The translations under genes were made by a program, and so were the position numbers. Source: Nannocystales bacterium (GTDB lineage Bacteria; Myxococcota_A; Polyangia; Nannocystales; Nannocystaceae). From it: 64,000 nt of DNA. Shown piece by piece: positions 19,061 through 28,393 of this stretch (positions within the stretch are counted from its first letter, which is position 1; every line of letters begins with the position of its first letter). Location of the stretch: positions 32,001-96,000 of the forward strand of contig JBOEGF010000013.1 of NCBI GenBank assembly GCA_050633305.1, given 5' to 3'. Under the pieces are notes generated by a model. That model searched no databases. It saw only the letters and a list, made by a program, of their open reading frames with translations, and was not told where the DNA came from.

Positions 19061-19597
19061 TTGCACCAACGGTCCTACGAACTCGTTCTCTCACCGCGCG
19101 ATGCGATGCTCGTCTTCGAGGACCACCCGGCGGTCCTCGAACTCCGTCAGGGCCATCTGCGAACGGCGGGGGGCACCGTGACAGGCTGGGCGGAGGGTCA
19201 ACCGGGGCGGGTCGTGCTGCGCGGACGGTGGTCCCGAGGGTTCGCGTCGTGCTCCCCGCTGACCAGTCGCATCGAGCTCGACCTCACGCCCACGCCTCAA
19301 GGCACCAGCGTCACCCTTCGGCGCCAGTCCCCAAGTCTGCGAGCAATCGGTGAGTCCAAGGGCATTGTCGCGGTCGCCATCCTCACCGCCCTCGCAATAC
19401 TCAGGATCGGCGTGCTGCCGCCGATCACCCTCCTGTACATCTTCTCGGCTCAGATGCTCGCCGTCGGCGTCGTTTGGCTCTTGAAGCGGCGCGGCGTCGC
19501 GCGGGCCAACGACGCCCTCCTCGACCTCGCTTGGCGGGTCTGGGCCCCGCACGTCCGGGTCTCCGGGCCGGGGCTCTACCGCGGACAGGCGAAATGA
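19061..19597 (+). CDS. Hypothetical membrane protein (2 TM)
   Basis: Two hydrophobic segments near the C-terminus; start uncertain (alternative ATG 19106). Confidence 0.6.
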   Translation: MHQRSYELVLSPRDAMLVFEDHPAVLELRQGHLRTAGGTVTGWAEGQPGRVVLRGRWSRGFASCSPLTSRIELDLTPTPQGTSVTLRRQSPSLRAIGESKGIVAVAILTALAILRIGVLPPITLLYIFSAQMLAVGVVWLLKRRGVARANDALLDLAWRVWAPHVRVSGPGLYRGQAK

Positions 19598-19655
19598 CTC
19601 CCCGCATCTCCGCGTCCGCAGTCGTCCCGGGCATGCGTCCCTCGGCGCCGAGGGC

Positions 19656-21122
19656 TCAGTCGGTGAGCACGTGCTGCCGGATGCTCACCGCGTTGCCGTC
19701 GTGAACGACATAGACGATGCGGCCCAGGTCCGCGGTCCATCGATATCGCTCCTCGGAGATGAACCCAAGCGAGTTCTCGGGCGGCGCCCCGCGAATGTCG
19801 GTATCGAGGACTTCGAACTCCCCGCCGAGGCGGTTGCGGTAGAGCCAGAAGTCCTCGCGATCGGTAGGGTTCCGGGCCAGCGCGGTGACGTACTCCGTGC
19901 CAAGGTGCGTGTAGCCGAGCGTTGGGAAGAACGACTCTTGGAAGCCAAGCGACGGCAGGAATGGATAGGGTTCACCTCCGTCTAAAGGATACGCCCAGAC
20001 ATCTTCGGTGCCCTCCACAAGGAGAACATCCTTCCACGGCACGCCGGCCGAAGTCGCAGTCACCACGCCGTCCGCGAGCGGACGAGCCCACACGATCTCG
20101 AGCTCGGCGTCTTCGTCTTCGGGTCGCTCGAGCGGGACCCTGAGAAGCTGGAGTCCATCGTCCGTAGCCACGACCACCCGCTCACCATCGACGACCGTGA
20201 CGCCGCGGACGTTCGTCACATTGCCCGCCAGCGGGCCCGCCCACTCGGGCCGCCACAGCGTCAATCCAGTGTCCACGATCGCCGCCAGCCCGGCTTCGAC
20301 GCTCACCGAGTTTCGCGTTTTTAGCCGATCCCCCCTCACCTCAATGGTCTCGAACCAAGCTCCGGTCTCGAGGTCCAGCGCGAACAGCATGGGGAGGCCG
20401 AGCTCTGGCAGCGAGACGGGCTCCGAATACGCGGCGAGGAATACCCACGAGGACGCGTTGCCTTGGGTCACGACAAACTCAATGGGTGGGAGCCCATCGA
20501 CGAGAATGGCCTCTCCATTCCCGGGCGGAAGGACAGCGAGACCATCACGTCCTCGGACGACGCCCGCGTCTCCCAGCCATGTCAGCGAAGCCCCAGAGAG
20601 CGGCGGCACCTTTCGCGAAGACCCGTCTGGCAAGTACTGCACCACGCCTTCGTCGGTCGTCACGAACCCAAACGACGAGTCCGGGCCATCAGCACAGTAC
20701 TCCCCAAGTCCGAGTTCCTTTCCGCGGCCCCCGTGCATGAGGATCTCCCAGATTCCAGGGCCTTCGAGTGCCGATTTCGAGCTGCATAGCACAACCTCCC
20801 CGCCGAGGTAGGCGGCGCCACTCGACAGACCGTAGGTCTTGTTCAAGCGAAGCGGTTCCCCCCCACAGTTGTCCACCAGCACCACATCTCCGAAATGCGG
20901 GGCTGCGACCGACACCGCATCGATGAGATCGAAGGCCCGGTAGTCCCCCGTCGCGTCTTCGATGCGCAGGAGCTCGCGTGGAGACTCCTGGGCATCGCAG
21001 GCCCCAAACTCGGCCGTGGCGACAGGGTCGTCCTCACAACCAACGGAAAGGAGAAGAGCGGGAACGATCCAGCGAGCGGACCGAGGAGGGTTCATGCGCT
21101 TCGTCCTGATGGGCACAGCCAT
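19656..21122 (-). CDS. Hypothetical lipoprotein
   Basis: LLSVGC lipobox; long acidic beta-rich ORF; alternative start 21095. Confidence 0.75.
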   Translation of the reverse strand: MAVPIRTKRMNPPRSARWIVPALLLSVGCEDDPVATAEFGACDAQESPRELLRIEDATGDYRAFDLIDAVSVAAPHFGDVVLVDNCGGEPLRLNKTYGLSSGAAYLGGEVVLCSSKSALEGPGIWEILMHGGRGKELGLGEYCADGPDSSFGFVTTDEGVVQYLPDGSSRKVPPLSGASLTWLGDAGVVRGRDGLAVLPPGNGEAILVDGLPPIEFVVTQGNASSWVFLAAYSEPVSLPELGLPMLFALDLETGAWFETIEVRGDRLKTRNSVSVEAGLAAIVDTGLTLWRPEWAGPLAGNVTNVRGVTVVDGERVVVATDDGLQLLRVPLERPEDEDAELEIVWARPLADGVVTATSAGVPWKDVLLVEGTEDVWAYPLDGGEPYPFLPSLGFQESFFPTLGYTHLGTEYVTALARNPTDREDFWLYRNRLGGEFEVLDTDIRGAPPENSLGFISEERYRWTADLGRIVYVVHDGNAVSIRQHVLTD

Positions 21123-21274
21123 ACGAGCTTCTACCGCCTACGAGCACAGCCGAGAACCCCGCCGTAGCCTGCAAGGACAGGGCGGGGAACGAGACCGAAG
21201 CGTACGGTGTGGCAGGGCGACGGACGACAGGGTGTTCGACTTCCCGACCGTTGGTCTGCGAAGTCAGTCAGCTC

Positions 21275-22033
21275 CTATGGGCACAATGCGGGATGTCCGG
21301 GGCCGCAGTCGTCCCCTGGTCCAGTTCCGGCCCCAGTCCCAGTGCCAGTCCCAGTCCCAGTCCCAGGCGCGGTGAAGCCTGTCACGGTCGTGGTCGCGAT
21401 CACGCTATTGCTATACCTGTCGGTTTCCACCGTGAAGACGTAGTGACCGTTCTCCTGGATCCAGGGTGCCGGAATACAGGTCAGGCCCGCGTCACGTTCC
21501 CCGTTGAAGATCTGCTTCGCGTTGCCGTTCGCGCTCACCTTGATCCAGACCTTTCGTCCAGCGAGGTTGGCGAGATCCCAGCAAACGGAGGTTTGGCCCA
21601 ACGAGCCGGCTGGCACGGGAACGGGGTTCGGCGTAGCGCTGATCGACGCGATGACGGGAACGGGGCTGCAGTAGGCGGCGTTGTCGAAACCTGGGCTGGC
21701 ACAGCTACCGCACGACCAGCTGCAGGTTGTGTAGAGGATCGCCTCTCCGACGGGACAGTTGAACCCGCACTGGAGTCCGGCTTTGACCGAGTTCTCTGCG
21801 TTGAATTCCGTCGATTCGGACGCGGACGGCCCTGCCCCTTCTCGAGGTTCAGCGTCCTCGAGATCGGCCAACTCGTCGAGCAACATCAAGTCCGCGACCT
21901 CGAACGAGAGGTCGTCCGCAAGCTCGGCCGAGTTCTCAACGGCGTCGTCTCCCGACTCTGTCGCGCAAGCCGTGAGCACGAAGCCAGCTGCGAGCATCAC
22001 TGCTGGGATCATGCTTTTCTTTGTTCTCTTCAC
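21275..22033 (-). CDS. Hypothetical lipoprotein with Cys cluster, Ig-like domain and Gly-Thr tail
   Basis: VLTAC lipobox; acidic pro-like region; CGFNC..CSWSCGSC; ASISATPNPV; GTGTGTGTG repeat. Confidence 0.75.
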   Translation of the reverse strand: MKRTKKSMIPAVMLAAGFVLTACATESGDDAVENSAELADDLSFEVADLMLLDELADLEDAEPREGAGPSASESTEFNAENSVKAGLQCGFNCPVGEAILYTTCSWSCGSCASPGFDNAAYCSPVPVIASISATPNPVPVPAGSLGQTSVCWDLANLAGRKVWIKVSANGNAKQIFNGERDAGLTCIPAPWIQENGHYVFTVETDRYSNSVIATTTVTGFTAPGTGTGTGTGTGAGTGPGDDCGPGHPALCP

Positions 22034-22606
22034 GCGCCGTAGTTCGCCGCAGGAACCAGGAATCTGACGCTGGCCCGTAGTTTCTTGCGCGAGGGATTCG
22101 CAACCGGCCGGCCCGACCTTCTGGAGCAGCCCCTCAACGGTTGATGGAGAGCCCCCCCAGGTCCAGCTCCGAATCCAGGGACGTTTCCCCGCCAGCTCCG
22201 ACCGTCTCGGTCAGCAATCCAGAATCGGCGAGAGGGGGCTTCGAACTCTCCGGTCGTCTCCTCGCTGTCCATTCTCGGCGCGTCGTGGCGGACACGGTCG
22301 ACCTCGGGTCCGCTGAGCCCCACCTTGCGTAGCCGACAGCGACTGCGCGGTCGAGCAGCACTGCGATCCGGCGCCCTCCATGGGGCTGCCACCCGTGCGT
22401 CTGGGGACAAGGCGACTGCGATGAGTACCTGCTCACGGTCCGCGGGGATGCGTTTTCGGGCGCTGGGAGCCGGCGCAGAGTGACAGAACCTGCGTCGGCG
22501 CCATCGTCCGTCCGCATGCGTCCTCGATACCGGACGCCTGTAGTCACACCGCCCCCAGAACCATCTCGACGCGTACGGCCAACCATCCGCTAGCCTTGGA
22601 GGGCTG

Positions 22607-22837
22607 ATGAGCGCCCCCGAATCCCACGAGACCGCAGCCGAGACTGCCCCGGGGGACTACGACGCGGAGATGCTGCTCTCGGCCGTCGAAAAGATGGAGT
22701 CAGCAACCGAGGCCCTTGCGGTGATCCGCGGCGGCGCGCAGCCCGGACTCCGTGACCTCGAGACAGCAGCGGTCCTCCTCGCAGATGCGAGCACACTCCT
22801 CGAGTTCGTCTACGGCCGCCTCCAGCCCGAGGCATAG
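22607..22837 (+). CDS. Small acidic hypothetical protein
   Basis: GGAGG RBS before ATG; helical acidic 76-aa ORF. Confidence 0.55.
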   Translation: MSAPESHETAAETAPGDYDAEMLLSAVEKMESATEALAVIRGGAQPGLRDLETAAVLLADASTLLEFVYGRLQPEA

Positions 22838-22915
22838 CGCCATCGCGAGTCTTGGGCCGCCAAACTCGCGGCCACGGTGCGCGCAGCGTCCGGGCGTGCA
22901 AGAGTCGGCTGCAAC

Positions 22916-23779
22916 GTGCCCACACGCCCAGACGTAACGCCCGAACTCTTCGATGACCTGGTCGTCGTCGTGGCGGTGGCCGACGCCCGAAGCGTCGCGG
23001 GAGCAGCCCGGGCCCTTGGAGTCGACGGTTCGACGGTAAGCCGCCGGGTCCGGCGTCTGGAGGACTCCCTGGGCATCGCCCTGTTTCACCGCGGCGGCCG
23101 GGGCATGGAGCTTGCCGAGCCAGGCCGCCGCTTGGTGCAGCGCGTACAGGCCGCGATGAACGAGGTCAGCCTGGGCTTGGACGAGGCGCTGCTCGACGGT
23201 GACGGCCTTCGTGGCCGTGTCATCGTGACAGCCCCCACCGAGTTGGGCACGGCCTTCTTCACGCCGATCATCACTGCGTTCTCGCTCGAACACCCCGACG
23301 TCGACTTCGTCCTCGAGTTGGGAGATCGCGTGCTCTCGCTCGACAAACGAGAGGCCGACATTGCGCTTCGAACGATGCGGCCCGAGAAGGGGGACGTGGT
23401 GGCGCGGAAGCTCCGCGGCCCGCTCGGGTACATCGTGCGCTCGCCCGAACTCGCCCCCGATGACGCGCGACAGCGGTGGCTCGCGTACACCGGCCGGGAC
23501 CCGATCGTGGACGACATCGTCGAGTCCGTCCCCGGCGCACGGGTGGTGCTGCGAACCAACGACCTCGCGGGACTGCGGGCCGCATGTCAGGCCGGAATGG
23601 GGGCAAGCCTCATGCCGGAGCCCTTCGTCGAGCTGCTCGGACTTGTGCCGATGGAGGGGTTCGAGCCGGTCCAGCTGCCGCCGCTCTTCCTGTGCGCTCC
23701 GTCGGTCTCCCTAGAATTACCGCGCGTCCGGGCGCTTTGGGACGCGATCGTCGAGAGCTACACGCAAATTCTGCCGTAA
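22916..23779 (+). CDS. LysR family transcriptional regulator
   Basis: SVAGAARALGVDGSTVSRRVRRLE HTH; EADIALR; PRVRALWD. Confidence 0.9.
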   Translation: MPTRPDVTPELFDDLVVVVAVADARSVAGAARALGVDGSTVSRRVRRLEDSLGIALFHRGGRGMELAEPGRRLVQRVQAAMNEVSLGLDEALLDGDGLRGRVIVTAPTELGTAFFTPIITAFSLEHPDVDFVLELGDRVLSLDKREADIALRTMRPEKGDVVARKLRGPLGYIVRSPELAPDDARQRWLAYTGRDPIVDDIVESVPGARVVLRTNDLAGLRAACQAGMGASLMPEPFVELLGLVPMEGFEPVQLPPLFLCAPSVSLELPRVRALWDAIVESYTQILP

Positions 23780-23892
23780 CTCCAGCCAGTTACGTTGTGT
23801 CCGCAAGTCGGCAATTGTGTCACCGGATCCGTGCAACGGGGCGTTGCAAGACCAGGCAGGCAACGGACGAGTCCGGCCCGTAAGCCCAGGGG

Positions 23893-24840
23893 GTGAGACG
23901 GACTGGTTTTGCGCTCCTCCTCTTCGGTGCCTCGGCTTGCAACCAGGTGTCGTCCATCGACAACCCCGACCCGACCGCACTCGACGACGTCGAGTTCGCG
24001 CGGATGCGCCTGGGTCATCGGCTGTTCTTCGACCCGGGGCTCTCGGCAAGCGGCGAAACATCCTGCGCGACCTGCCACGAACCGGACCAGTTCGGTGTTG
24101 ACGGTCTGGCCCGCTCCGTGGGCGACCAGGAGACCGCGGTGCGACGCAACGCGCCTTCGACGTTCAACGCCGCGTTGAAGTCCCACCAGTTTTGGGACGG
24201 TCGCGCAGCGACACTCGAAGAGCAGGCTTCGGGCCCGTTGTTGGCGGCCGACGAAATGGGTGGTGACGAGGACGCGATCCTCGAACATGTCCGCGGATAC
24301 GACGACCTGTTCGACGCCGCGTTTCCCGGAGAAGGCGGCCCAAGCCTGGACCAGGTGACGAGCGCCCTCGCCGACTACCAGCGGATGTTGCCCCGACGTT
24401 CGCGCTTTGACGCCTACCTCGACGGAGACCGCGACGCGTTGAGCCGGACCGAGCGCCGGGGCTATCGTTTGTTCCGCCGCAACTGCGATTTCTGTCACAG
24501 CGGAGCTGGAATCGGCGGAGGCCAGATCGAAAAGCTCGGAGAGGAAGAGCCCTGGCCCGAGGACAGGCGAGACGACCAAGGCCGCTTCGAAGTCACCCAG
24601 AACCCCGGCGACCGCATGAAGTTCGTCGTGCCCTCGCTTCGCAACGTCTCGAAGACCGCGCCGTACTTTCACGATGGGAGCGTGGAAACCTTGGACGAGG
24701 CCGTCCGACTGATGGCTCGGCATCAGCTCGGCCGAGACTTCTCGGGTCGAAATGTGCGCGCGCTCGTGGCCTTTCTCGAGACGCTGGAAGCTCAGGACGT
24801 GCAGCCGTGGGCCTACGAGGACTGGGATGGCACACGCTGA
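23893..24840 (+). CDS. Diheme cytochrome c peroxidase/MauG family lipoprotein
   Basis: CATCH and CDFCH heme motifs, RNAPS, FWDGRA, PSLRNV..TAPYFHDGS; GASAC lipobox. Confidence 0.92.
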   Translation: MRRTGFALLLFGASACNQVSSIDNPDPTALDDVEFARMRLGHRLFFDPGLSASGETSCATCHEPDQFGVDGLARSVGDQETAVRRNAPSTFNAALKSHQFWDGRAATLEEQASGPLLAADEMGGDEDAILEHVRGYDDLFDAAFPGEGGPSLDQVTSALADYQRMLPRRSRFDAYLDGDRDALSRTERRGYRLFRRNCDFCHSGAGIGGGQIEKLGEEEPWPEDRRDDQGRFEVTQNPGDRMKFVVPSLRNVSKTAPYFHDGSVETLDEAVRLMARHQLGRDFSGRNVRALVAFLETLEAQDVQPWAYEDWDGTR

Positions 24841-24980
24841 CCCGCGCTCAGCCAACCGCCAGTCGGTCTCGGGGTGTACGATCCACACCACACGTGTGCA
24901 TTTCACAGCACGCCTTGGCTGCCCAGAAGGCCCCTAGAACCCCGAAACGGACTGGCACCCCCGTTGCAACACCGGGACGC

Positions 24981-25403
24981 GTGCGGCTTGGTTCCATCAT
25001 CCTCAGCGCCCTGTTTTTGGCCGGATGCAGATCGGACTACGAAGGCGAGAGCTTCCCGCCTGTGGTCGAGGCCGATGAAGTGGAGTCCGTCGACGCGGTG
25101 CCGGACGACGCGCGGATCATCGGCTTCGTCTCCGACAGCGAAGACAGCACGCTCGATGGCAGCAGCCTCGTCGAACGAGCGCTGTACTGCAACGTCGAGG
25201 ACCGCCTCATCCGACAGATGAGGCGCACGGTCGCGGACGAGGGCGGTGAGTTCCTCGTGGGAGTCTACTGCGAGACGACGGAGGACGAGGACAGGTCCGC
25301 GATCCACGACGACCCGGACACGAGTCGTGTGGAGACGTCGTTGTACTGCGAGACCTACTGCGAAGCCGACGTCGCCCGCCGCTGGATTCACGACCGCGGC
25401 TAG
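24981..25403 (+). CDS. Hypothetical acidic lipoprotein
   Basis: LFLAGC lipobox after GTG 24981. Confidence 0.65.
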   Translation: MRLGSIILSALFLAGCRSDYEGESFPPVVEADEVESVDAVPDDARIIGFVSDSEDSTLDGSSLVERALYCNVEDRLIRQMRRTVADEGGEFLVGVYCETTEDEDRSAIHDDPDTSRVETSLYCETYCEADVARRWIHDRG

Positions 25404-25418
25404 AACGGCCGACAGCGC

Positions 25419-26118
25419 TCAGGGAGCGACGACTTGGTTCAGCCAGTCGCTCATCGTGGTGAGCACTTCGGGCTCGAGTGTCTGCTCGATCGCACCGTAC
25501 TCGGTGGGCAATCCCGTCTTGGCAGCCTGAAAGAGGTGGTTCAGCCCCGGAAACCGGACGGCGTGGACGCGGTCGTTGGGTTGCAGTGCGATGCGGATCG
25601 CAGCGAGGTCTTGCTCGGGCAGCACTTGAAGATCCAGGTCCCCCTGGAGGACCAAGACCGGGCATTGGACAGCCTTCAGTGCGGGCGCGGGGTCGTAGCG
25701 AACGAAGCCCATGAGCCAGGGCGAGACGCTCGACGCCGCGCTGGCTGGAACCGTCGTCTGTGCCTCCTCGATGGTGTTTGCCGCCAGGATCGCGTCGATG
25801 GTGGCATCTTGCTCGGCCTGAACCGCTTCGAGTTGCGCCTGCGAAGCACCAGAGGCGCGGACGAGTTCGACGGCTTGCTTGCGAATGACCTGATCCCCTG
25901 GACCCCCCGGCCCTGCCATCATCACGACGAAGGCCACCCTCGCGTCCGTGGAAGCGACACGGGGCCCGAGCGCCCCCCCTCGCTATGGCCGATCTCACCG
26001 ACACGACCCCCGTCGATCTGAGGATGCTTCGCAGCATCTCGAGGGCCGCCTCTGCGTCTTGGGCAAGCTCAGCCCCAGTTGAGTTCGCAACGCTCCCCGT
26101 CGACCCCCCGACGCCTCC
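25419..26118 (-). pseudogene. 5'-truncated, frameshifted alpha/beta hydrolase
   Basis: GVGGSTG..AELAQDAEAAL, HPQIDGGRVG.IGHSEGG and VAFVVMMAGPG..QGDLDLQV..GLNHLFQ lie in three frame segments. Confidence 0.8.
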
Positions 26119-26171
26119 AGTTCGGCCGGGGTGCATGCCAACGCACGAGCAGTACATGTTACGCGTTGGCG

Positions 26172-26594
26172 ATGCTGTTCCGCGTCGTTCTTGCGACCTC
26201 GCTCCTCGGCGCCGCGAGTTGCTCCCGGCCAGTCGAAGGGCCTCCGCCGACACAGCAAGCCGCGGCCAACAAGCTGCGAACAACGGCCCCCGCCGAACCG
26301 TCGAGTGTCTCCCCGCGCCGACCGGCCGCTGAGTCTCCCCGCATCGGTCCCCAGGCCACGCTCATGACGCTCTCCGTCACGGTCACCCCCGCGAAACTCT
26401 TCGTGCGCGGAAAATCGGTTGAGCCAGCCCAGCTCCGCCCCCAACTTCAAGCCCTTGCCAAGCGATATCCGGATGCCACGGTCGCGGTCCAGGCCGACGC
26501 CACGGTTCCCGAGAAGCGATTGGCCAAAGCCCTCGAGGCGATCAAGGCCGCGGGGTTCGAGACGGTCGAAGTTGCGACACGACCGGTCCGGTGA
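26172..26594 (+). CDS. Lipoprotein with ExbD/TolR periplasmic domain (no TM-Asp helix)
   Basis: LLGAASC lipobox, Pro-rich linker, VAVQADATVP......ALEAIKAAGFETVEVAT. Confidence 0.75.
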   Translation: MLFRVVLATSLLGAASCSRPVEGPPPTQQAAANKLRTTAPAEPSSVSPRRPAAESPRIGPQATLMTLSVTVTPAKLFVRGKSVEPAQLRPQLQALAKRYPDATVAVQADATVPEKRLAKALEAIKAAGFETVEVATRPVR

Positions 26595-27097
26595 CCGACC
26601 GGGGCGTGCTTCGAACAACTGAGCGGCCGCATCGTGATACGCCTCGAACCGTGGTCTCCCGCGCACACACCTGCGTCCTGGCGCTCGCCCTGTTCGGCTG
26701 CAACGCCGATACGCCACAGCCACCCGGGGACCAGCTGGACCAGCTGGACCGGATCGAGGCCCGACTCGAGCGCATCGACGAACGGCTACGAGCCTTCGAA
26801 CACACGGTGGTGACCGCGAACGCCGTAGAGATCCAGCTCCCAAGACCCGCGGCCGCACCCGCCTTGTCCCGAATCGCGGTGAGCGTTACGCCAAGCCAGG
26901 TCTTCATCAACGACGGAGCAGTCGCCACCGTCGCGTTGCGGGCCGAACTCGAGAAGTTCGCGGCTGGGTCCCCTCACGCAAGCATCGTCATCCAGGCCGA
27001 CCAGTCCGTCGAGCACGGGCGAGTCGTGGAGGTCATGGATACGATCAAGAAGGCCGGTTTCACACGCATTGCAATTGCGACCCTGTCCGAGCCCTGA
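26591..27097 (+). CDS. Lipoprotein with coiled coil and ExbD/TolR periplasmic domain
   Basis: LALFGC lipobox; IQLP linker; IVIQADQSVEHGRVVEVMDTIKKAGFTRIAIAT. Confidence 0.8.
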   Translation: MTDRGVLRTTERPHRDTPRTVVSRAHTCVLALALFGCNADTPQPPGDQLDQLDRIEARLERIDERLRAFEHTVVTANAVEIQLPRPAAAPALSRIAVSVTPSQVFINDGAVATVALRAELEKFAAGSPHASIVIQADQSVEHGRVVEVMDTIKKAGFTRIAIATLSEP

Positions 27098-27112
27098 GTA
27101 CCCTGCACCTGC

Positions 27113-28393
27113 ATGACGCAGGTCGTTCAGCTGCAGCCGCCGACGAACCTCGACTGGGCGCTCCCGCTCCCCGGTTCCAAGAGCATCACCAATCGGGCAC
27201 TGCTGTTCGCCTCCATCGCGCGCGGCACATCGACCCTCCGCGGATGGCTCGACGCCGATGACACCCGACACATGCGGGCGTGCTTGAGCGCGCTGGGTGT
27301 CGCGGTCGAAGAGAGAGACGGAGCGCTTGTCGTCCCAGGATCCGGAGGGCGTCTGTCGACCGACGAGGCCCCCGAGCTCTTCGTGGGAACGGCCGGCACG
27401 GTCGCGCGCTTTCTCCTGCCCGCGCTGGCCGGGAGCAACGTTGGCGCGACCATGGACGGAACACCACGAATGCGCGAGCGCCCGATGGCGATGCTCATCG
27501 ACGGTCTCCGCTCGATGGGCGCCGAGTTGCACTGCCTCGGCGAAGAAGGATTCCTTCCCCTGCGCATCCACCCGACCGACGGTTTGCACGGCGGCGAGGT
27601 CCGCTTGAGCCGGCCCGCAAGTTCTCAGTTCGTCTCGGGACTCGCGGTCGCGGCCACGCTCGCCGCCGGTCCTGTCGACATCGTGCTCGAGCAGGGCACG
27701 CCCGCCCGCCCCTACGTCGACATGACGCTGCGCGTGCTCGAGGCCTTTGGTGGACGCGGCTCGTGGAACGGCAACACATTGCACATCGAGCCGTGCTCCC
27801 TCGAAGCTCAGACGTACACGATCGAGCCCGATGCATCGGCCGCCAGCTACCCTCTCACCCTCGCCGCGATCCACGGTGGTAAGGCAACGGCTCAGCTCGG
27901 CAGCGCGAGCCTGCAGGGCGACGCCCGATTCCCCGAGGTCCTCGAGGTCCTTGGAGCTCGGGTCTCACAGACGGAGACCCGGACCACCGTCGAGGGCACC
28001 GGCACCCTGCGTGGTGGGGCATTTGACCTCACCGACATGCCCGACATGACGCTCACCCTGGCCGTCGCAGCGCTCTTCGCCGAGGCACCCACGGAGATCC
28101 GCGGCGTCGAGATCCTCCGGCACCACGAGAGCGACCGCCTTGCCGTAGCCGCGACTGAGCTCCGAAAACTAGGCGCCGAAGTGGACGAGCATCCGGATGG
28201 ACTCACGATCCGCCCCCCAGGCGCGGGTGTGCGCTCAGGGGTCGAGATCGACACCTACGACGACCATCGCGTGGCCATGGCCTTCGCGATGGCGGGTCAC
28301 GTGGGGATCCGCGACCCCGAGTGCGTGGGCAAAACCTATCCCGACTACTTCAATCATCTGCAGCAGACCGGTATGGTCGTCGCTCGCACATGA
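27113..28393 (+). CDS. aroA: 3-phosphoshikimate 1-carboxyvinyltransferase
   Basis: PGSKSITNR, GTAGT..RF, RMRERP, SSQF, ESDRL, DDHRVAMAF, KTYPDYF. Confidence 0.97.
   Translation: MTQVVQLQPPTNLDWALPLPGSKSITNRALLFASIARGTSTLRGWLDADDTRHMRACLSALGVAVEERDGALVVPGSGGRLSTDEAPELFVGTAGTVARFLLPALAGSNVGATMDGTPRMRERPMAMLIDGLRSMGAELHCLGEEGFLPLRIHPTDGLHGGEVRLSRPASSQFVSGLAVAATLAAGPVDIVLEQGTPARPYVDMTLRVLEAFGGRGSWNGNTLHIEPCSLEAQTYTIEPDASAASYPLTLAAIHGGKATAQLGSASLQGDARFPEVLEVLGARVSQTETRTTVEGTGTLRGGAFDLTDMPDMTLTLAVAALFAEAPTEIRGVEILRHHESDRLAVAATELRKLGAEVDEHPDGLTIRPPGAGVRSGVEIDTYDDHRVAMAFAMAGHVGIRDPECVGKTYPDYFNHLQQTGMVVART

Noticed and set aside
22040..22600. ORFs in the intergenic stretch
   Set aside because: No recognisable motifs, RBS or coding bias.
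23832..23848. TGCAAC-N5-GTTGCA palindrome upstream of the cytochrome c peroxidase gene as a Zur box
   Set aside because: Spacing differs from the boxes at 42.7-42.8 kb; could be another operator but the regulator cannot be assigned.
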